Assembly: GCA_963677495.2 (NCBI GenBank)
Contig: CAXXOU010000004.1
Location: 160,001 to 224,000 of the forward strand
Length of the DNA: 64,000 nt
Reading direction: 5' to 3'
Origin: Candidatus Cloacimonadales bacterium
GTDB lineage: Bacteria; Cloacimonadota; Cloacimonadia; Cloacimonadales; JAFGVF01
Position numbers and translations under genes: made by a program. This document shows, in pieces, positions 41,017 through 50,740 of this stretch. Within the stretch, counting starts at the first letter, position 1; every line of letters starts with the position of its first letter. The notes under the pieces were generated by a model. The model made no database searches, was not told where the DNA came from, and saw only the letters and a list, made by a program, of their open reading frames with translations.

Positions 41017-41961
41017 ATGAAAGAAAAAGTCATTCTGATGGTAAATTCGGAAAAGAAGCGAGAACAGTTGAAAACAGTGTTGAATGAAAAATATTCAGTA
41101 AAGATTAGTGAAATATTTTCTGAGCTTCCAACTGACGGGCACTATGTGATTCTTGACGATGCCACCAGAGACGATCAAGCGAATTTGACTAAGCATTTAA
41201 TCAAATCAAATAATGAACTTAAGAAAACAAACCTGCATTTAGAGCAACGCTTAAGAATGAAGAGTTCAGAGTTGATGGAGATGCAAAAAGAGTTAGAGAC
41301 ATTAAGTAAATCTATATCATACGACTTGAGAACACCGTTGAGAGCAATCTCCGGATTTGGGCAGTTGATACTTGAGGAATATAGTTCGAGTTTTGATGAT
41401 GAAGGGAAACGTTTAAGTGATATTGTTAATAACAATGTAGCAAGAATGAACGATTTGATAGATGCATTACTCAACTACTCTTACTTTAACAGATATGAGA
41501 TACAACCTGTAGATATCAATATGAATAAAATGGTGCAATCTGTATACAAAGAATTGACTACAGCAGTAGTACGTGACAAGATTGATTTGACAATTGAGAA
41601 TTTGCCAAACGCTTATGGTGACCCATTGCTCATTCGAAAAGTATGGTATATCCTATTAGCTAATGCTATAAAGTATACACAATATAATCAGAAAAGAGCC
41701 ATTTCAATAACTGCTAAAGAGCTAAGCAAAGAGTTTGTTTATAAGATAAAAGATAATGGTGTTGGATTTGATATGGAATACTCCGATAAGTTGTTTAACG
41801 CTTTCCAAAAATTGCATAGTGAGATACAATTCCCTGGGGTAGGTATGGGACTTGCCTTAGCAAAAAGAGCCATTAAGTTACATAAAGGATTAATATGGGG
41901 AGAAGGAGCAATCGATAAAGGTGCTTCATTCCAGTTTACAATCCCGAAGTTTAAAGTGTGA
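41017..41961 (+). CDS. Sensor histidine kinase (HisKA-HATPase), phospho-His replaced by Tyr
   Basis: SISYDLRTPLRAI H-box, NAIKY, DNGVGF, GVGMGL. Confidence 0.85.
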   Translation: MKEKVILMVNSEKKREQLKTVLNEKYSVKISEIFSELPTDGHYVILDDATRDDQANLTKHLIKSNNELKKTNLHLEQRLRMKSSELMEMQKELETLSKSISYDLRTPLRAISGFGQLILEEYSSSFDDEGKRLSDIVNNNVARMNDLIDALLNYSYFNRYEIQPVDINMNKMVQSVYKELTTAVVRDKIDLTIENLPNAYGDPLLIRKVWYILLANAIKYTQYNQKRAISITAKELSKEFVYKIKDNGVGFDMEYSDKLFNAFQKLHSEIQFPGVGMGLALAKRAIKLHKGLIWGEGAIDKGASFQFTIPKFKV

Positions 41962-42013
41962 TTAAGCGTGGCTAGGAAAAGAGTGCAATACCCGGTGATA
42001 TTGGAGGTAGTAT

Positions 42014-42451
42014 ATGAAAAACTCATGTGATATGTTGTTAGTTGAAGATAATCCTAATGATGCAGAACTTATAATGAGAGCTTTAGTACGAGAAAAGATT
42101 TCTGATCGTATAGTACATTTGGAAGATGGTGCAGAGATTATTGATTACCTTCTCGGAAGAGATAAGTACAAAGATCGTGATACAACAATGCAACCGAAAG
42201 TAATCATACTTGACTTAAAACTACCAAAGATGACTGGTTTGGAAGTTTTGGAAGTGTTACGGGAGAATGAAACTACAGAGTTAATACCGATAGTTATTGT
42301 AACGTCGTCAATGGAAGACTGTGATGTTGAGAGAGCATACTCTCTCGGAGTTAACAGCTTTATTGTTAAACCTGTTGATTTTAACAAGTTTATAAAGTCT
42401 ATTAAGATGGTTGGTGATTACTGGCTAAATACAAATCATCAACCATATTAG
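42014..42451 (+). CDS. Single-domain response regulator (Rcp1-like)
   Basis: LLVEDN..D, LDLKLPKMTG, TSS, NSFIVKP..YW. Confidence 0.9.
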   Translation: MKNSCDMLLVEDNPNDAELIMRALVREKISDRIVHLEDGAEIIDYLLGRDKYKDRDTTMQPKVIILDLKLPKMTGLEVLEVLRENETTELIPIVIVTSSMEDCDVERAYSLGVNSFIVKPVDFNKFIKSIKMVGDYWLNTNHQPY

Positions 42452-42464
42452 GCAGAGGAATGTT

Positions 42465-44750
42465 ATGCTGAAACCGATAAAGATTTTAATTTTAGAAGAT
42501 TTGCCATCTGATGCAGAGTTAGCACAACGCCAGTTAAAGAAGCATTTGGGTGAGAGTGTAATAAGGATAGTAGATTCTAGAGATGACTTTATAAATGAAT
42601 TGAACAATTTTGAACCTGATTTGATTGTTTCAGACTATAATTTGCCTAGTTTTGATGGTTTATCAGCCCTTAAGTTGACTCTTGAAAAAGATCCCAGTAT
42701 CCCGTTTATAATACTTACTGGCTCAATGAATGAGGATACAGCGGTTGAATGTATGAAAGCAGGAGCATGGGATTATGTGATAAAGGAGCATAATAAACGA
42801 CTCGGAACATCAGCGATTAGTGCTCTTGAAAAGAGAAGAGTATTAGATGAAAAAGCAAAAGTTTCTGAAACAAATCGAGAAAACCAGATATTTATCCAAC
42901 AGATTACAAGGACTATCCCCTTATTCCTCTTTATATTTGATTTAAGTTCTAATCAATCAACATATTCGAATAGAGATATCTGGAAGGCTTTAGGCTATGA
43001 AAGTTTGAATAAAACGCAAAATGAAGGTCATTTTTTACTATCCATAATTCATGAAGAGGATGTTACTTCGCACACCAACCTATTTAATAGATTAAGAGAT
43101 CTTAAAGAAGGTGAAGTTGAAAGTAATGAGTATAGAGTCAAAGATGCATCAGGGGAATGGGTCTGGTTCAGGTCTATGTATGTCGTCTTTAGTTTCGATG
43201 ATTCAGGAAAGCCATTAACAATCCTTGAATCGACGCAAGACATTACTAGTTTGAAGAAAACTCAGAGAGATCTTCGAGAAGCTCACAAATTCTACAAACA
43301 GATTCTTGATAGTACTCAAGATGGGATAGTTGTCGCTAACTTAGAAAATAAGATAGTTTTTTGGAATCCTCCCATGACTGAGATGTTTAATATGGATTAT
43401 TTAGATGTGTTAGGTAAGGATCTAGAAGATATCTTTTCTAAAATTGGACGAGAATCTGAATTACCATTGTTAGAACAGTCAAAATTAGGTCATATTGTAA
43501 CCACTCCCGATTATATTTTTAACTATAAAAGTACCGGAAAAACAGGATGGGCGAATGGAAGATATTTTCCTCTTTTAGATACGAACAATGATTTTTCAGG
43601 TGTTATTTACATGGCTCATGATATAACGAAAAGAAAACTTGATGAAGTTGAACTTAGAGAAAGTGAGCATAAATACAAGACCATATTCGAAAATATACAG
43701 GATGTATACTTTGAAACGGATATGAACGGAATTATTGTAGAGATAAGTCCTTCCTTGAACACAATCTCTGGGTATACCAGAGAGGAGATGATAGGTAAAT
43801 TTATCGGTGATGTGTATGCAGATCTTGACGTTAGAAATAGATTACTTCAGAGACTTAAGAACGGGGAACGTTTGAAAGATTATGAGATTCTTCTCTTAGA
43901 TAAAGATGGCACACAAAGAGATTGTGCTGTGACTGCCCAAATTCTGCTTGATAAAAAGGATAATAAACCTCACGTATATGGAATAATGAGGGATATTTCT
44001 GAAAGAAAGAGAATAACAAGCGAGCTGATCCAAGCGAAAGAGAAAGCAGAGGAGATGAGTAAACTTAAATCAGCCTTCTTAGCAAACATGAGTCATGAGT
44101 TGAGAACACCTCTGGTTGGAATTCTTGGATTTGCTGAGTTGCTGAATGATATGGTACCAGATTCAGAAATAAAAGAGATGGTTGAAACTATTCTTGAATC
44201 AGGTGAAAGATTGCATACAACACTGAATCTAATCCTTGATCTTTCTAGAGTTGAAGCGAACAGGCAGGAAATTAAATGGACTAAAGTTGATTTTGTTTAC
44301 CGAGTAAACGAGAATATTCGAATCTTTGAGGGATTAGCGCAAAAGAAAGGCTTAAGCTTAAAACTGAATACTGAGTATGATAAGCTTATCTGTGATAACG
44401 ACTCATATCTTTTAGACCATATTCTGAGTAATGTGATTAATAATGCGATAAAATATACAGAAACTGGTTATATAAAGGTTGATCTAAGTAAAGAAATAAT
44501 TGATGAACTAGAATATGCTGTAATTCAAGTTACTGATACTGGTATTGGTATAGACGAATGTAGACAGGAGCTTATTTTTGATGCTTTCAGACAGGCAAGT
44601 GAAGGATATCATAGAATGTATGAAGGTACAGGTCTAGGACTAACAATTACTAAAAAGTACGTAGAATTATTAAACGGAAGAATATACTTAAAAAGTGCAT
44701 TGAATCAAGGTAGTACATTTACTATACAGTTCCCTGTACACAGAGTTTAA
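42465..44750 (+). CDS. REC-PAS x3-histidine kinase
   Basis: N-terminal receiver, three PAS/PAC repeats (DIT/DIS), SHELRTP, NAIKY, DTGIG, GTGLGL. Confidence 0.92.
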   Translation: MLKPIKILILEDLPSDAELAQRQLKKHLGESVIRIVDSRDDFINELNNFEPDLIVSDYNLPSFDGLSALKLTLEKDPSIPFIILTGSMNEDTAVECMKAGAWDYVIKEHNKRLGTSAISALEKRRVLDEKAKVSETNRENQIFIQQITRTIPLFLFIFDLSSNQSTYSNRDIWKALGYESLNKTQNEGHFLLSIIHEEDVTSHTNLFNRLRDLKEGEVESNEYRVKDASGEWVWFRSMYVVFSFDDSGKPLTILESTQDITSLKKTQRDLREAHKFYKQILDSTQDGIVVANLENKIVFWNPPMTEMFNMDYLDVLGKDLEDIFSKIGRESELPLLEQSKLGHIVTTPDYIFNYKSTGKTGWANGRYFPLLDTNNDFSGVIYMAHDITKRKLDEVELRESEHKYKTIFENIQDVYFETDMNGIIVEISPSLNTISGYTREEMIGKFIGDVYADLDVRNRLLQRLKNGERLKDYEILLLDKDGTQRDCAVTAQILLDKKDNKPHVYGIMRDISERKRITSELIQAKEKAEEMSKLKSAFLANMSHELRTPLVGILGFAELLNDMVPDSEIKEMVETILESGERLHTTLNLILDLSRVEANRQEIKWTKVDFVYRVNENIRIFEGLAQKKGLSLKLNTEYDKLICDNDSYLLDHILSNVINNAIKYTETGYIKVDLSKEIIDELEYAVIQVTDTGIGIDECRQELIFDAFRQASEGYHRMYEGTGLGLTITKKYVELLNGRIYLKSALNQGSTFTIQFPVHRV

Positions 44751-44759
44751 GGAGTAATA

Positions 44760-45152
44760 ATGCAAAGTGATGACAAGAAGTTAAAACTCTTAGTTATTGA
44801 TGATGATTATTTAGTATATGAGATTATCAGGAGAATGTTGCATGCAAGTGCAAATGTTGATTATGCCCGATCTGGAGATGAAGCGATAGAACATCTTGGG
44901 CGTTCTGAATATAGTCTGATTTTCTTAGACATTAATCTAAAGAGCAAAGAAAGTGGATTGGACATCTTGAAAAGAATTAGGGAGATCGAGAGTTTTTCTA
45001 AAACACTTGTATGCGCAACCACAGCATATGCAATGTTGGGAGACAAGGAAAGATTTCTTGAAGCTGGATGTGACTATTATCTATCTAAGCCATTTACAAA
45101 AGATAATTTGAGATTACTCATTGAAAAATCATTAGATATTGTCATAGAATAG
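44760..45152 (+). CDS. Single-domain response regulator
   Basis: VIDDD, LDINL, TAYAM.GD, YLSKP. Confidence 0.9.
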   Translation: MQSDDKKLKLLVIDDDYLVYEIIRRMLHASANVDYARSGDEAIEHLGRSEYSLIFLDINLKSKESGLDILKRIREIESFSKTLVCATTAYAMLGDKERFLEAGCDYYLSKPFTKDNLRLLIEKSLDIVIE

Positions 45153-45160
45153 TAAGGGGC

Positions 45161-45547
45161 TTACAGCCCCTCACTTTTCTCTATTCGTTTAATAATCTTT
45201 CTGATCAACTTATCCGGATTTACAGGTTTAAACATAACATCCTGTAAGCCTAATTTCTTACAATTTACAATTGAATGGGAAGGATCATATCCAAATCCTG
45301 TCATCATAATAACCGGAAGAGAGTTATCATAATCCATAAGAGCAGTGTATAGCTCAAACCCATTCATGTCAGGCATAGCGATATCAGTTAACACGAGGTC
45401 TATATCCCCTTGCATAACTCTCATCTTTGCCTCATGAGCAATATTAAAGGTTAAAATTTCCCAGTCTGGAATCAGCCTTTTAAGGTCATACATCAAGTTT
45501 TCGAGGAGCTCTTGCTCATCATCTACAATTACTATTTTGTACCCCAT
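45161..45547 (-). CDS. Single-domain response regulator
   Basis: IVDDE, TDIAMPDMNG, MTG, KP. Confidence 0.9.
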   Translation of the reverse strand: MGYKIVIVDDEQELLENLMYDLKRLIPDWEILTFNIAHEAKMRVMQGDIDLVLTDIAMPDMNGFELYTALMDYDNSLPVIMMTGFGYDPSHSIVNCKKLGLQDVMFKPVNPDKLIRKIIKRIEKSEGL

Positions 45548-46428
45548 GTCTTAGCATCTTCTCCTGCAATAGATTTGTAAGCTGTGTAATATTTATCGAA
45601 AGTTTTACTGATAACCTCTTCAGGAAGCTCAGGTGCAGGTGGGTTCTTATCCCAACCTGTTGCTGAGATATAGTCTCTGATATATTGTTTGTCGTAGCTC
45701 TTAGGTGTTTTACCAACTTCATACTCTTCAATATCCCAGAATCTTGATGAATCAGGTGTAAGCATTTCATCGATAAGGTAAATCTGGCCTTCTATAGTTC
45801 CAAACTCGAACTTAGTATCAGCTAAAATAATCCCTTTCTGTTTAAGGAAATCAGCACCGAATTTGTATAGAGCTATTGATTTTTCTTTAAGTTCTTCAGC
45901 GATATTTTTATCAACTCTGTTAAGCATTTCAGCATAGCTGATATTGATATCATGGCCCTCTTCAGCTTTTGTTGATGGAGTGAATAAAGGCATAGGGAAT
46001 CTTTGAGATTCTTTCATCTCTTCAGCGATGAGCGTGTTGTTAACAGTACCTATACTCTTATACTCTTTCCAAGCTGAACCGGTGATATAACCACGAACGA
46101 TACATTCGAAAGGTATTACTCTTGTCTTTTTAACAAGCATACTTCTGTCTTCAAGCTCTTCTTTGAAAGGATGGAACTCTTCCGGATACTCATCTACATT
46201 ATCAGTAATGAAGTGATTAGGCATGATGTCTTTAGTAGCTTTAAAGAAATGTACTGAGATTTGGTTTAAGATTTTCCCTTTGTTTTCGATCTCATTTGGA
46301 AAAACTACATCAAATGCAGAAATCCTGTCTGATGTTACGATAAGGAGTTTATCTCCTAAATCATAGATGTCTCTTACTTTTCCTTGAAAGTGCTTTTGTA
46401 CGATTTGTAGTTCGCTAATTTTCATCAC
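45532..46428 (-). CDS. purC: Phosphoribosylaminoimidazole-succinocarboxamide synthase
   Basis: GKVRDIY, SDRISAFD, ECIVRGY.GS, ADTKFEFG, DEMLTPDSSRFW. Confidence 0.95.
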   Translation of the reverse strand: MMKISELQIVQKHFQGKVRDIYDLGDKLLIVTSDRISAFDVVFPNEIENKGKILNQISVHFFKATKDIMPNHFITDNVDEYPEEFHPFKEELEDRSMLVKKTRVIPFECIVRGYITGSAWKEYKSIGTVNNTLIAEEMKESQRFPMPLFTPSTKAEEGHDINISYAEMLNRVDKNIAEELKEKSIALYKFGADFLKQKGIILADTKFEFGTIEGQIYLIDEMLTPDSSRFWDIEEYEVGKTPKSYDKQYIRDYISATGWDKNPPAPELPEEVISKTFDKYYTAYKSIAGEDAKTWGTK

Positions 46429-47362
46429 TATTCTCCTCAGCTTTATATTTTAGATTTGTTAGTACTCTCTTTATATTAGTCTGATATGTTCCCATAACCA
46501 AATCTTTATTTGTGTTTACCAGCTCAAAAAAGACAATCCATAACTCATCTAAGGTGTCTTTGTTCACAGCTAAAAACTCGTTGTCGCGGAAATCCATATC
46601 GGTGAAAACTGGAAATTCATCTACTCCTTTGCTTGTCTCAACACTTCTAACCATGCCTTTAAGTATCTCTATTTTAGTGCCTTCACCCTCCATCACTGTG
46701 TTGATATAACGGGCTGTATAGTAGAATATCATATATTGATAGAATCGGGATAAAAGGTCTATTTGCTTTCTCATAATCTCAGAGTCTTCAAACTTTATAT
46801 CATTAAACAGATCGGCACGTTTCTTCTCTAAAATTGATAAGAATGTGCTTCCTGATCGAAGATAAGTCTCAATAAGAAGATTCTTAGAGAATTTCTTACC
46901 AGCTTCCATTTGAAAAAGTTGTCTGAAAGTTTTAACTAAATCTGCAAGAAAGAAACGATCTCTAAAAGGACCAATATAGAATAGATCACCTTGTGTATCT
47001 TCTTTAATCTGAACTTGTATATCTCCATCAAAGTCTAATGCTAAATAGCAGTAGTCTTCATAAGGTTTAATTTGTGCCTGTAACTGAGGTTTAAGTTTCT
47101 TGATTAGCTTCTTTTGCCAGATAAGAGCATTAAAAGTATCAGGCATCTCTTCCCAATGAATCTCTGTGGCAGTATCTTTTAATGCTATGAATCTTGGATC
47201 TTCCTGCATTTTATCAAGATAGAAACGTATTCTGCCTTGCAGGTTTCCAGCTAAAGAAACATAGAGAGCGTTAAGAGCATTCGAGAAATAGAAGATTCCC
47301 GGATTCTTTGGTAATTTATCAATCTTAGCCTGCATGTCAGACGTGATAGTTAATAGATTCAT
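46415..47362 (-). CDS. UvrC/Cho-like protein with degenerate GIY-YIG domain
   Basis: LPKNPGIFYF..LYVS...NL..RI..Y, IGPF, UVR-like FED....R..I. Confidence 0.6.
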   Translation of the reverse strand: MNLLTITSDMQAKIDKLPKNPGIFYFSNALNALYVSLAGNLQGRIRFYLDKMQEDPRFIALKDTATEIHWEEMPDTFNALIWQKKLIKKLKPQLQAQIKPYEDYCYLALDFDGDIQVQIKEDTQGDLFYIGPFRDRFFLADLVKTFRQLFQMEAGKKFSKNLLIETYLRSGSTFLSILEKKRADLFNDIKFEDSEIMRKQIDLLSRFYQYMIFYYTARYINTVMEGEGTKIEILKGMVRSVETSKGVDEFPVFTDMDFRDNEFLAVNKDTLDELWIVFFELVNTNKDLVMGTYQTNIKRVLTNLKYKAEENSDEN

Positions 47363-47378
47363 CTTAATTCCTTCTTTC

Positions 47379-48344
47379 CTAATTATTTATAACTTCCGGA
47401 TTTACAATAGCTTTTGGCATCTTGCCGTCTAATGCTGCGATAGCATTGTCTACTGCTAGGAAACCCATTGTGTTTCTTGTTTCAGTTGTAGCTGAACCTA
47501 TATGAGGTAACAATACAACATTTTCAAGATTCATCAGTTCGGGACAAATTTCCGGTTCATGCTCATATACGTCAAGTCCTGCTCCGGCTATTTCCCCATT
47601 TTTAAGTGCTTTAACTAACTCAAGCTCGTTTACGCAAGCTCCACGAGCTGTGTTAATAAGAATAGCATTTCTTTTCATCAACTTAAATTGATCTTTATCA
47701 ATCAGATAATGTGTGTCTTTTGTGTATGGAATATTCAAGCTGATAAAGTCAGATTTTGCTAAAAGCTCTTCTAACGGAACTTGAGTAGCGTTAATACCAT
47801 CTATTGTAGTTTTTGAACGATTAGTGTAGAGTACATTCATATTGAAACCGGAAGCTCTGCGTGCTACTGCTTTACCAATTCTACCAGCACCAATCACTCC
47901 AAGTGTTTTCCCGGAAATCTCATGCCCACAAAAGAGAGTTGGTTTCCAGCCTTTGAATTTCCCGGCCCTTACGTAGCTATCACTTTGAACAATCTGCCTT
48001 GCAACTGCAAACAATAAGCTCCAAGCAATATCAGCTGTAGCTTCTGTTAGTACTCCGGGAGTATTGCAAACAGCAATACCCAGCTCAGTTGCTGTAATGA
48101 CATCAATGTTATTATATCCAACCGCATAATTACTAACACATTTCAGTTTAGGATTTGCCCTTAAGATCTCTTCATCAATTTTGTCTGCAAGAGTGCACAA
48201 AACTGCATCTGCCCACTTAATACCTTCAAGCAACTCAGCTTTGCTGAGAGCTCTGTCGTCCAAGTTAGCTCTTAGTTCAAAATTATCTTTAATATAGTTC
48301 ATTGCTTCTTTTGGAAGCTCTCTTGTCACAAACAGTTTCTTCAT
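47379..48344 (-). CDS. D-glycerate dehydrogenase / glyoxylate reductase (2-hydroxyacid dehydrogenase)
   Basis: AVGYNNID, GAGRIG, INTARG, LDVYEHEP, PHIGSAT. Confidence 0.9.
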   Translation of the reverse strand: MKKLFVTRELPKEAMNYIKDNFELRANLDDRALSKAELLEGIKWADAVLCTLADKIDEEILRANPKLKCVSNYAVGYNNIDVITATELGIAVCNTPGVLTEATADIAWSLLFAVARQIVQSDSYVRAGKFKGWKPTLFCGHEISGKTLGVIGAGRIGKAVARRASGFNMNVLYTNRSKTTIDGINATQVPLEELLAKSDFISLNIPYTKDTHYLIDKDQFKLMKRNAILINTARGACVNELELVKALKNGEIAGAGLDVYEHEPEICPELMNLENVVLLPHIGSATTETRNTMGFLAVDNAIAALDGKMPKAIVNPEVINN

Positions 48345-49456
48345 ATGTTATCTACCTGATATTTAAATGATTTTATACCATGGAAGATAGCTTTCACTAT
48401 CTTGTCCTGATGTTCTTTCTTATTCAGTTTTTTCTCTTCATCCTTATTAGAAATGAAACCTGCTTCAATTAGTACAGCAGGCATGTAAGCACCTTTCAAT
48501 ACATAAAATCCGGCTTGCTTAACCCCTCGATCTTCTGACTTAGTTGCAGTAACTAGGTTTGTTTGTAACTTATTAGCTAAGTCGGAACTCTCAGCTAACT
48601 GTTCAGTCATAGATATGTCTGCAAGTAGGAAGTCTAAAGAGTTGTATTCCTCAACTGCATCCTCACCACCTTCATACTTATAAACAACTGAGTTTTCCAT
48701 CTGTTCAACAGCTCTAGCTTCGTCAGTTTTTGCAGTAGAAAGATAGTAAACTTCGATTCCTGTTGCTTTTTTATTTCTAGCTGAGTTGAGATGTATAGAA
48801 ATGAACATATCAGCTTTTTCAGAGTTGGCAAATTTTGTACGGTTTCTTAGATGAACATACTCATCTTTTGACCGTGTAAGTAGCACTTTAACATCGAGAT
48901 TCTTTTCTAATAACTCTTTCAGCTTAGTCGCAATATAAAGTGTTATATCTTTCTCTTTTAATTTTTTAGATATTCCAACAGCACCAGGATCTTTCCCTCC
49001 ATGCCCAGGATCAATAACTATAGTTCTAATAGCATCATCGTCAGGTATTTCAGCTAGTAATAACCTACGCTTCATATCGAAGCGAATCTCTTTCTTAAAA
49101 ATATACGGGGCAACTTCAGCGAAGAAAGAAACAGGTAAGTAGTAGACTCCATCATGTAGTTTTAAATCATATATAAAGCTGAAGTAGTCAGTTCTATAAT
49201 TTACGAAAGAGCTTTCGGTAAGGAAATAAAGATGTTTCTTGTAAATAGATACTCTAAGTTTATCATCTTTCAATTCTTCTCTATAAGAACCACCCATGAT
49301 ATCTGAAAACTCTTTAAGTTTGAAATAACTGATCTCTCCAAACTTGGTCTCTTTTAGCGTACGCTTATCTTTCGATCCTTTGAATCTGATAGATATATCA
49401 GCACTTAAAATACTCACACAAATTATTATCGTTGCTAGGCATATTATCTTTTTCAT
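48341..49456 (-). CDS. N-acetylmuramoyl-L-alanine amidase (Amidase_3)
   Basis: Signal peptide, IDPGHGGKDPGA, EK, SIHLNS, PAVLIEAGF. Confidence 0.92.
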   Translation of the reverse strand: MKKIICLATIIICVSILSADISIRFKGSKDKRTLKETKFGEISYFKLKEFSDIMGGSYREELKDDKLRVSIYKKHLYFLTESSFVNYRTDYFSFIYDLKLHDGVYYLPVSFFAEVAPYIFKKEIRFDMKRRLLLAEIPDDDAIRTIVIDPGHGGKDPGAVGISKKLKEKDITLYIATKLKELLEKNLDVKVLLTRSKDEYVHLRNRTKFANSEKADMFISIHLNSARNKKATGIEVYYLSTAKTDEARAVEQMENSVVYKYEGGEDAVEEYNSLDFLLADISMTEQLAESSDLANKLQTNLVTATKSEDRGVKQAGFYVLKGAYMPAVLIEAGFISNKDEEKKLNKKEHQDKIVKAIFHGIKSFKYQVDNI

Positions 49457-50355
49457 TATAATTCATCCTTGAATTTAGGTGTCCATGCATCACTGCTTCC
49501 ACATTCCTGAACGTATGCATTTTTGAAGCCAAGAGTAGCAGTTAATCTAACTAAATCATCATATAAATCGGGTGAGACTGACTTACTAAGAACTTTAGAT
49601 TTATCTGCCTGATAAGTTGGGTAATACTGTCCCATTAAGCTGAGATATAAGTCACTCCCAAATTCTTCATGCAACATATACAATACTTTCTTGGAACCTG
49701 ATACATCATCAGGTAGCACAAGATGGCGTACTAGCATTCCCCGAGTAGCTATCTCTTCACTACAAACAATATCTCCAACTTGCCTATACATCTCTTTTAA
49801 AGCAAGTAATGCTATATCTGGATAATCAGGTGCAAAGGAGTATTTCTTAGAAAACTTAGGACTGTAGTATTTGAAATCAGGAATATAGATATCAACTAAA
49901 CCATCTAATGTCTTTAAAGTCTCTATAGACTCATATCCATTAGAGTTCCATATGACAGGTAAAAACAAACCTAATTTCTTAGCTTCTATTATCGCTTCAC
50001 GAATCTGTGGTGTATAATGGGTAGGGGAGACCAGGTTAATGTTGTGTACACCATTATTTTGTAGTTCAAGCATTATTTTTACAAGCGCTGATATGGTGAT
50101 AGGTTTACCATCTCCCTGTTGACTTATTTGCCAGTTTTGACAGAACACACAGTGCAGGTTACAATTTGAGAAGAAGATTGTACCACTGCCGGAAGAACCA
50201 GAGAAAATAGGTTCTTCTCCAAAGTGTTTTTGATGCAGGTTATATTTGATTTGTTCAGTACTGTTACAGTTACCGGTCGTAGCGTATCTATCAACTCCAC
50301 ACTCATGTGGACAGATTTTACAAGCTTTTAGTTCCGTGAAAAGCTTGTCACTCAT
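49456..50355 (-). CDS. Radical SAM protein (PflX-like)
   Basis: CKICPHEC, CNLHCVFCQN, NINLVSPTH, RHLVLP. Confidence 0.88.
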   Translation of the reverse strand: MSDKLFTELKACKICPHECGVDRYATTGNCNSTEQIKYNLHQKHFGEEPIFSGSSGSGTIFFSNCNLHCVFCQNWQISQQGDGKPITISALVKIMLELQNNGVHNINLVSPTHYTPQIREAIIEAKKLGLFLPVIWNSNGYESIETLKTLDGLVDIYIPDFKYYSPKFSKKYSFAPDYPDIALLALKEMYRQVGDIVCSEEIATRGMLVRHLVLPDDVSGSKKVLYMLHEEFGSDLYLSLMGQYYPTYQADKSKVLSKSVSPDLYDDLVRLTATLGFKNAYVQECGSSDAWTPKFKDEL

Positions 50356-50731
50356 TTAAACTGAAGCTCTCCGGTAATAGTTTTTTGATTGAAGTGACAT
50401 TACTTTGAGAGTTGGACCCATAGATAATCTCTACATCATCGCTAAACTCACTTATAACTTGTCTACAAGCTCCGCAAGGAGGAAAGGGTATCTCAGCATT
50501 AGCAAAAACTGCTAGCTTCACAATCTTCTTTTCTCCTGCTGAGATCATTTTAAATATGGCTGTTCTTTCTGCACAGTTTGTGAGTGAATAAGAGCTGTTC
50601 TCAACATTACAACCAGTATAGATATTGCCATTATCAGTTAATACTGCAGCCCCAACCTTGAACCCTGAATAGGGAGCATATGCGTGCTGGGAAGCTTCTT
50701 TTGCTAGCTCGAGTAACTTTGTGAGTTCCAT
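50348..50731 (-). CDS. cdd: Cytidine deaminase
   Basis: YAPYS.F.VGAA, CNVEN, CAE, PCGACRQ. Confidence 0.95.
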   Translation of the reverse strand: MELTKLLELAKEASQHAYAPYSGFKVGAAVLTDNGNIYTGCNVENSSYSLTNCAERTAIFKMISAGEKKIVKLAVFANAEIPFPPCGACRQVISEFSDDVEIIYGSNSQSNVTSIKKLLPESFSLNE

Positions 50732-50740
50732 ATTTTCTCC

